Below are positions 56,828 through 64,000 of a stretch of 64,000 nucleotides of DNA, one piece after another. Numbering within the stretch: the first letter of the stretch is position 1; every line of letters starts with the position of its first letter. The stretch comes from Trichodelitschia bisporula. Lineage: Eukaryota. The stretch covers positions 195,061-259,060 of the forward strand of contig ML996695.1 of NCBI GenBank assembly GCA_010356995.1, in the 5' to 3' direction. The notes beneath the pieces were generated by a model. The model was not told where the DNA came from. It worked only from the letters and a program-made list of their open reading frames with translations, and made no database searches. The translations under genes were made by a program, and so were the position numbers.

Positions 56828-58886
56828 GGTGATATTGTTTGGAGGTGGAGAGGGATTTTATATTCACTTTCCGTCGACGCGATGCTACACTCCCCAGCGA
56901 GCCGCTCTGCTCCAACACAAAGCTATACGAGCGGGAATGCCACCGCTGGGCATCTTCATGCATCTCATATCTCGCTCGTATCCCGCAAGACAACGGAGAG
57001 GTTCCCGAAACGGCATCTCCTTGCCGAAAGGGAAAGCACGAACGAAGCACCAGAGACAGAACCGAGTCCAGAAGGCTCCAGCCGCGGGGGGTTCTCCGCT
57101 CGTGTCACGGGCTGCTAGGTCGTTTGTGGGCTGTGTGACGGCGGTGGTGATAATGGTGTCTAGTGGTGGTAGTGAGGGTGGTTCGGCAGCGTGGCAGAGC
57201 TTCTATGGAATGCAGGGCAGCCGGGCTGAAGTGAGACGGACCGGAATCCAATACATCGGATGTGAGGTTTGTGACAAGATCTTCAGGTTGAGGATATGCG
57301 AGTGTACCTGCAGGTTGTTATCTGGTAGAGGAGCGCGAGCGGGTAAGGCTGTCCAAGCTGCGGCATAATGAGAGGCTAAGAGCCGCAAGGCGAGAAATAG
57401 AAGAGGCGAAGGGGAACATAACCATAATTCCATCGCAGGTTAGCAACACCAGCTTCCATCCTCCCACCATATTTCCACCTCCAACGCAGTAGCCCAACGC
57501 CTATCGCAGCACCCATCCACGCCTAAGACCTCCGCGTTCTAGAAGTCATCCTACCTCGGAGACACCCGAAAAGCGCACGCATGATGCTGTCCGTTGTCGT
57601 ACAAACCACCGTTCGAGGCCAACTCCTTACTTCGCGGCTCTTGGCCAGGGACGTAGCCTCTTAGATTCGGGCGGTGGGTGCCGAATTTGAACAGTTGCTT
57701 GAGACATGGTTGCCTTTGCGCCCTCTTCGCTTCGAGGATGGCGTGAGGTGTATTGAATGAGAGGCTATGGGCTGGACGGAGCAAGGAAGTACGAATTTAG
57801 TATTCGATGCTTAGTCGGGGAGAAAGAGGGCAGCACGTTGCAGATATGGAGCATGTCCTTCGATCGTCACCATCCATTGTAGTTCTAGTCGTGAGCTTCA
57901 TGATATCGCCGGTGCCCGGACACGACTGCGCGAGTGGAGGATGACCCTTCCGGCTCCGAAAGGTCACATTCGAAGGCGTTGACCACGGCCGCGAGACGCG
58001 CGTGAGCCACAACCCGGATATCGTTCAACCTTCACCTTGCACCCTGTTCCAGCGTCAGCACCCGCAGGCGTAAGCTGGTGTCCAACCTACCTTAACATAC
58101 ATCCACACTCAACCAGTCTGTTAGTTCTGCAGAATCCTCTCAGTCATACTCCACCAACATCTCCAACCCTCGATCCGCTCCCCTCCCAGACACCACTCGT
58201 ACGTGACAGTAAGCAGACCCATCTCCGTCATCCTCACCCCATAGATCAGCCCAGCACGGCGCGCACCGGAGCACACCCCGCCCCGGCCCCCAAATACGGC
58301 AAGCCGTGCCGATCGCACCGCGCCGATCTCAAAGTCCACAATAGCGTCCAAGGGGCCTCAGCGGGGCCTGAGCACAGTCAACTCAATATTCATCACTCAC
58401 AGAAAACGGTTAGCTTTTATGACGGCCCGGTTCGTAGATAGTACCCTACGGTATCCACAGCAACCGAGTCGTCAACCTCCATCCCGCTGACCGGCTAGCG
58501 ATCGCCCTGTCTCGGGCTTGGCAGTCGCCCAGGCATGCCCAGCCGCGCGGAAGAGGCGCGGCGGATCTTGGCAGCGATCTAGCGTCGTTGGCGCTGAACT
58601 ACAACGGCATCAAAGGGCGAGGAATCGAAGAGAATTCACAACTTTGACCGACACGTGACGGTGGCAAGCATCAAGAATGGGAAGTATCAGAGTATTACCA
58701 TCGTCGAATTACTATCTTATCGTGAAAAACTACGCTGACCGTGCACTCCAAAACCCGCCCATCGCCCATGCAATCCGTCGCTGAGAAGGGTATCATGAGC
58801 GTCCGCATTAATTACATCTTCCCTAGCACGCCATGTTAACCCGATGTGGCCGTTGTCTCGCATGTCGCTCAGTGCGCTGGAGAAAT

Positions 58887-59731
58887 CTAGACGAAGAACA
58901 GCGCGGCCATGGCGGCGGCACCGAGGACGGGTCCAGCAGTCTGCATCGCAGCGCCACCCGAGCTCGAGGACGACTTGGCCGAAGATGCAGCCGAGGACCC
59001 AGCAGCAGAGGCGCTGGAGGCGAGGCTTGAGGCCTTGCCAGCGGCGCTCGAGGCAGCGCTGCTCGCCGACGAGGCCTCGGAGCTCAGGGACGAGACCAGA
59101 GCCGACACCGCGGTGAACAGCGTGGTAGAGCCAGTGGTGGTCGTGATGGTGCTGCCGCCTGAGGTGATGGTTGCGACGAGGGCGCCTGGACGGTTAGCTC
59201 ATGCTACGATTGCGTAGTGGTAGGACTCACTGGTCGTGTACGCGGTGGACGAGGCAGACCCAGCCGACGCCGAGGAGGCAGCCGACGCCGAGGAAGCAGA
59301 GACAGACGATGCGACCGACGAGGCGACCGACGAGGCGGAAGAGGCAGCACTGGAATCCGTAGCGACTGGAGACAGTGAGTATGATGTCCAATGGATTAGA
59401 TAGGGCTGACATACCCTTGGAGCACTGTTCCTGACCATACGCCTGGATCTTGGCCGATGCGTCGGCAGCACCCTGACCGCAAGACTCGAGAGCGCAGTCG
59501 CGAAGACCGAACAAGTAGTTGGGGTTCTTGCACAGACAGGCCGTATCGCCAGCGGAGCAGCCGAGACCGGACGCGGCGTTCTGCATGTTGCCGTAGCAGG
59601 TTTTCTGCATGTTTGTTAGCATGAATTACTAAAATATGGCAGACTATGCGTACAGCGCAATCAGGGAGGCTGTCAAGAGACTGCGCAGCAACCAGGGCGG
59701 CGCCGGCGAGGAGGGCGAAAGAGATCTTCAT
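58887..59731 (-). CDS. CFEM-domain, Ser/Ala-rich GPI-anchored cell-surface protein; exons 59731-59654, 59604-59415, 59365-59231, 59185-58887
   Basis: Signal peptide; eight-Cys CFEM pattern (LPDCA|KTC..GC...DTACLC...RDC..ESC...C); Ser/Thr/Ala stalk; hydrophobic GPI-type C-terminus 'GPVLGAAAMAALFFV'. Confidence 0.92.
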
Positions 59732-62700
59732 TGTGAGGTCGGAGAGGGTTGTTGTGGTTGTAGGAGAGTGGAAGAAGGGCGATGGTGCAAAAGTGATGTG
59801 GAGGGTAGATGGGTGAATGTCAGGTGGAAGTGAGTGCGAGAGGTCGAAGTAGTATTAATGTCTTGGGAGGCTGGTACAAGAAGCGCTAGTAGAGTAGAGG
59901 AGAGATGGCGGGGAGGACAAAGTCTTGGAGGAAAAGAGGGTTGCAGGAAAGCGGCTCGGTGAGTTTAATAGTTTGTGGATGGGAGAGGCATGACGCAGAT
60001 GAGCAACCAGGAACTGCAGTTGTGCTTGTGCTGGTCCCGGAGCGGGCAAGCGCATATGCTACATGTGTCTGACGATTGCCAGTTCCACTCTCGGCCCAAG
60101 CCTCCCCTCTCCTTTCATTTTTTTTCCAGGTTTCTTGGGAAGGCACGCCCCAGCCGATAGGCCCAATGAGCTAATAGGCCAATGACCTGCATATCTAGGG
60201 AAACGAGTTGCCATTTGGCGTCTTTAGTTTCATTATTATTACGCCCATCTGGCCTACATCGTAGTTACATGGTGTCCACATGTATGCCAGGTGGTGGGGA
60301 AATATTGGGGAAAGGGTAAAGGAAAGGGCCCGAAAGGGGTAGGTTAGGGGTGCACGAGCAACAACCCACGGGAAAGAGAGCAACCGTTGCTATCAGGGAC
60401 GTTGCAGCTCACGACCGTTATTATTGCGTTGGACAGGGCGACACGCCTTGGTCCCGGAGCCTTGCCCCCGAGAGGCCTTGTTATGTTGCCCAATAACTAG
60501 TGTGGTCGAGGGCAGAAGTAGTACGGAGGTAGAGTAGAGATTGAAATCCGAATGTTTGCAACAATCATGAGTTCAAAGCAATTTGCTTCTCTGTTTCTGT
60601 CTCAGTCTCAGAGCTTGAATAATTCTCCGGAGTACTTGGTACACGACTCATGACATCTCGCAGATCTCCACTGTTCACCCAACCTCCCCTTCCCCTCTCT
60701 CACCTCCACGCACCATAACCATAACCGCGGATCCCAACATGCGGTTCAAATCTCGACCGGCATAGACCATCTAGTGGCCCCCAGCCACACTCCACAAATG
60801 CATGGGAGTCAGCAAGGAACGAAGCAATCGTGGCAAGTTCGCCAGACAAACCCAGCAAGCAGACATGGCAAGCAAAGTTCACACCCATGTCCCACGAACA
60901 AGTGTGGCTGGGGAGTTGCATCTCCGCCGGCCGCTAATGCACGGCACGGCCCTTCAGGTGCGCACCAACAAATCAAATAACGCATACTTCTCCGCTGGCA
61001 TCACTGCCCTCCGTCACCTCCATCTGCCAGGTCAATATCCAAGGCAGAAGATCGCCACCTCTTCTCTCTGCGCCGACTGGGTAAATCCTAGAGTGACTTC
61101 GATCTCGAACCTCTTTGTCCACCCATTCATCGGACGATCATATGCGACCCATGTCCGACAAAATGCTTGATTTCTCCTCCGCCTTTCCCGTCCTCGCAGG
61201 TGTTTGGCGAGCTGTTCCGTCCACGTCTTTGACAGTCCCCAGCCACAGCTGAGGGGTTGACGTGGCTCAGATGCACCTCTCGATCCACAAAAACCTCCAA
61301 GTGCGGGGTTCAGCCATTGAGGAGCAAGGTGGGGCGAAGCTGCATGCTGAACCATCGCCTGAGGTGGGGAGAAACGGCGAGAAGACGCAAAGGCGACAGC
61401 TTTGCAAGCTCAAGCGACAACAACCAGGCAGTCCTTCTCCGAGACAACCTTGCTCGTTGCGACACCCCCCCCCCATCCCCGTCCCCCGCGGTTCCTTGCC
61501 ATCATTTCGTGACGCCCTCAACGGATCAATTTCAATTGAACAACCACTGACCAGCCCCCGCTTTCCCCATTGCCCCTCGACTTCATTTCACGCGGACGCG
61601 CGCTGTGTCGCCGCTGCGCGCACCATGACGACCCTCGAGCGCAACATCCCAAACGCACCCCCGCCCGCGCCGTTGGCCAAAGAGGAACAGGAAGCGCTTG
61701 TGTAACTCGGGTAGTACGTTGGTACCATCCAAGTTCCCGCGCTTGCGGTCGCCACCTCGCGAGTACCGTTGCGAAGTTGCCAACTGACTCGACATTTCAA
61801 GTTAGCGTCGCTGCGTCGAATCAGATCGCCATGCTGGAAGGCGTGCGCCTCGATGCGGTGTGTGGCGCAGGTGATGCTTTAGCGGGCTGCGAGGTTCGAT
61901 GCTGGTATGCGAGCTTGCTGCGCCGGAGCTGGCCAGCCACTGTTGTAACTACTCGACGGTTTTGCGGCCGGGTACAGGATACGGCTTCCCTCTTCATCGA
62001 AAAAGTTGCTTTCTCGGCTTCGTTAGAGTCGGAATTTTTGGGCCTTAAGCTAGTCTATCATGAAGAGTGGGTCTGGTGAGAGTGAATGTCTCAAGTCATA
62101 CTATAGGCTAGAATTGCAGCGCGTCTTACGGATGTACAACTCACCGCAATTGAAGACAATTCTATCTCTCTGCTCGAAGACCGCGTAACCTACCTTGCAT
62201 TGCAGCTGCATGCATTCAGTCCGGAGCAAGGAAGCGGGGAAAGGCTACACACGTGTCTGCGACTTGGACAGCCACGGTTGAGGGAACCGTGACGGAGCTC
62301 CGCTCGATCACGAGGTGAAGCTATAACAGAGTACTTATGGATAGGCGCAGGTGCATCTTTTGTGGATCCTAAGATGCCAGGAATGGGAGTTCATTTGGAA
62401 ATTCTGAGTTGCGTCAATTGAGTGTTTACAAGAATCGGGAGAATCCATCGCGTTTCCAGATGGGACAGCTCAAATGCTGCAACCAGAGCCCGTTTGCAAG
62501 GGCAGCACTCCATGTAGGACTTCAACGGCGGTGAGCATCGGAAATCACATCAAAAAAGCTAATTAGATGAGTCCAATGTGGGAGTGTCCGTTGTCAAGAG
62601 GTTCATAAGTCGCGAGCCACACCCACACTTCATTGCTATCACAGCGAGCGAGAGACTCATGCCTGAACTCGGTCCACAGGTACACCTAAATGTAGGGACT

Positions 62701-63507
62701 GCGTTCAACAAGTTGTTGAATTCCTTACCTCGTCGCGACTTGATATCCTTTCTTAAGTCTACTACGGATGTATGTGTGGTCCCGTTTCCCCCCCGCGTGG
62801 TGTTCGCGCCGTTTGCGAGGTGCATGATGTGGCTGGAGTGCAAGGCGTGCAAGGCTTCAAGAAGGTTCACAACTTCTACTCCCCGGCGGCTTTTATACCC
62901 GAGTTTCCTCGAAGAGATGCGCCCTTGGGATAGGCGATACTATGGAGCTTGCGTTAGTAGAAGTATGTTGTAAAAAGTTCATAACAGGGTGGAGGCCTTC
63001 AGAAATAGCCTTTGAAGTTGTCTCAACTGCTGAGCGAGGTAACATTCACCCGGGCTGCGGCTAGAGCCCATTCTCTCCCAAGATGAGATGAGATCTCTGA
63101 CCAGGTGCTCCAGGAGTGAGGGGAGGGCGTATACCGGTACTGTTCCAGATCTGCTCGGCTTCCTGTCCAGCCTCCGATCGGCTTCAGATCAATCAAAAGG
63201 ACTGCGCCGATGTGGCTTCGGACCGAACCTCGAGTGACAGTTGTGGACGCGTTTGTCCGTGCGTCCCGCGCGCCTGCTCCAGCCTCCAAGATAATCATTG
63301 GCTGTTAGCTTCCACGGCTCCTTACCTGTGCACGCGCCCCCTCAAGCCTCCTCCACCGAGCCACTCATCCACCACCATCAACTTTTTGTAAGCAACATCC
63401 ACACCTCGACAGAAGCTCTAGGCTTTTGGCGTGTTCTTCTCTTGTTTGCCTTTTTCATATCTCCACATTCATCCTCCTCATCCATCTCTCTCGCAAACAC
63501 AGCAATC

Positions 63508-63981
63508 ATGATGGGCGTCTCGAATCCGAGTACGCCGCAGCGACTCACTCCGCAGCGCGCGCTCTGGGCTTCTCCGTTCAGCGATTACCACAGCGATATC
63601 GATAACCTGTCTCCGACGGCTGTGAACGCGGATACCAACCTCACGACTCTGCAACGCACTCTCCTCATCCGCCTCAATGAGATCGGGAAGCAGATTCTGC
63701 GTCGGGACCCGAGCGACCTGAAGACCCAGGCCTCCCTTTCCGCCGAGCTCGAAGCCCTCGAGCACACCCTCGGAGCGCCGGATTCGCAGTCTCGCCAGCC
63801 CGCTGATATCGATGACTCGGGTCTCTTCATCGACGACGACGTGGAGGACGAAAAGCTGCGCCTGCGTGGCTCGGGCGACTTCAGCGACATCTGGTCCCTG
63901 AAGTCGAGCGACGGCCCGGAACTCGTCTCGCGCATCTCGAGCATCGCACAGGGTCTGCGGCAGCGCTACGAAGAAATCAAG
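63508..63981 (+). CDS. 5' exon of a hypothetical (probably coiled-coil) protein, truncated by the window edge
   Basis: CT-rich leader, AATC-ATG context, open frame with coding-like codon usage ('LLIRLNEIGKQIL', 'APDSQSRQPADIDDSGLF', 'LRQRYEEIK') ending at donor GTTAGC. Confidence 0.7.
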
Positions 63982-64000
63982 GTTAGCGCTGTGTGTACCC

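Noticed and set aside
60163..60198. CCAAT boxes as a HapX bipartite (CSAAT-N12-RWT) iron element upstream of the CFEM gene
   Set aside because: Neither CCAAT has RWT at the required spacing.
62559..62900. Minus-strand TATAAAA, ATG and a GTAAGG..TAG intron-like segment suggesting a small gene
   Set aside because: Spliced product is only about 41 aa with no motif and the branch point is weak.
1..64000. Transposons, CRISPR arrays, rRNA, telomeric repeats
   Set aside because: No transposase/RT/integrase motifs, LTR or TIR pairs, spaced direct repeats, rRNA-like tracts or (TTAGGG)n arrays seen by eye.

Overview
Eukaryotic, intron-rich, GC-rich genomic DNA from a filamentous ascomycete (inferred from gene content and short ~43-72 nt introns with CTRAC/CTAAC branch points). 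I can support about 25 protein-coding genes and one intron-containing tRNA-Phe(GAA). In order: SCS3/FIT, EFM4, an NNT1/EFM7-like methyltransferase (multiply frameshifted), an amino-acid/choline-type permease, a MATE exporter, a secretory agmatinase/ureohydrolase, a conserved type II membrane protein, RRG9, an MpaB-like oxygenase, a Zn2Cys6 factor, a tiny spliced Cys-rich protein missed by the ORF track, an acetylpolyamine-amidohydrolase-like deacetylase, sphingosine-1-phosphate lyase, calcipressin, an MFS transporter, RPB3, MGE1, a PrpF-family isomerase, tRNA-Phe, a fucose-permease-type MFS, an adhesin-like protein, a secreted BBE-like FAD oxidase, a DUF4360-like secreted protein, a CFEM GPI protein and a truncated gene at the right edge. 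I found no transposon, CRISPR array or secondary-metabolite backbone gene, and no clear-cut new multi-gene system. Most notable observations: (1) a 2-nucleotide micro-exon in the ureohydrolase whose skipping creates a stop codon; (2) a hidden 87-aa Cys-rich protein in a 9.6-kb gene-poor stretch; (3) a strong, orientation-independent C/A-to-G/T skew across many genes that appears to reset at some introns; (4) non-canonical splice sites (GC-AG, apparent GT-GG); (5) clusters of +1 homopolymer frameshifts that probably mark assembly errors. All family assignments are from motif recognition by eye, not from database searches.
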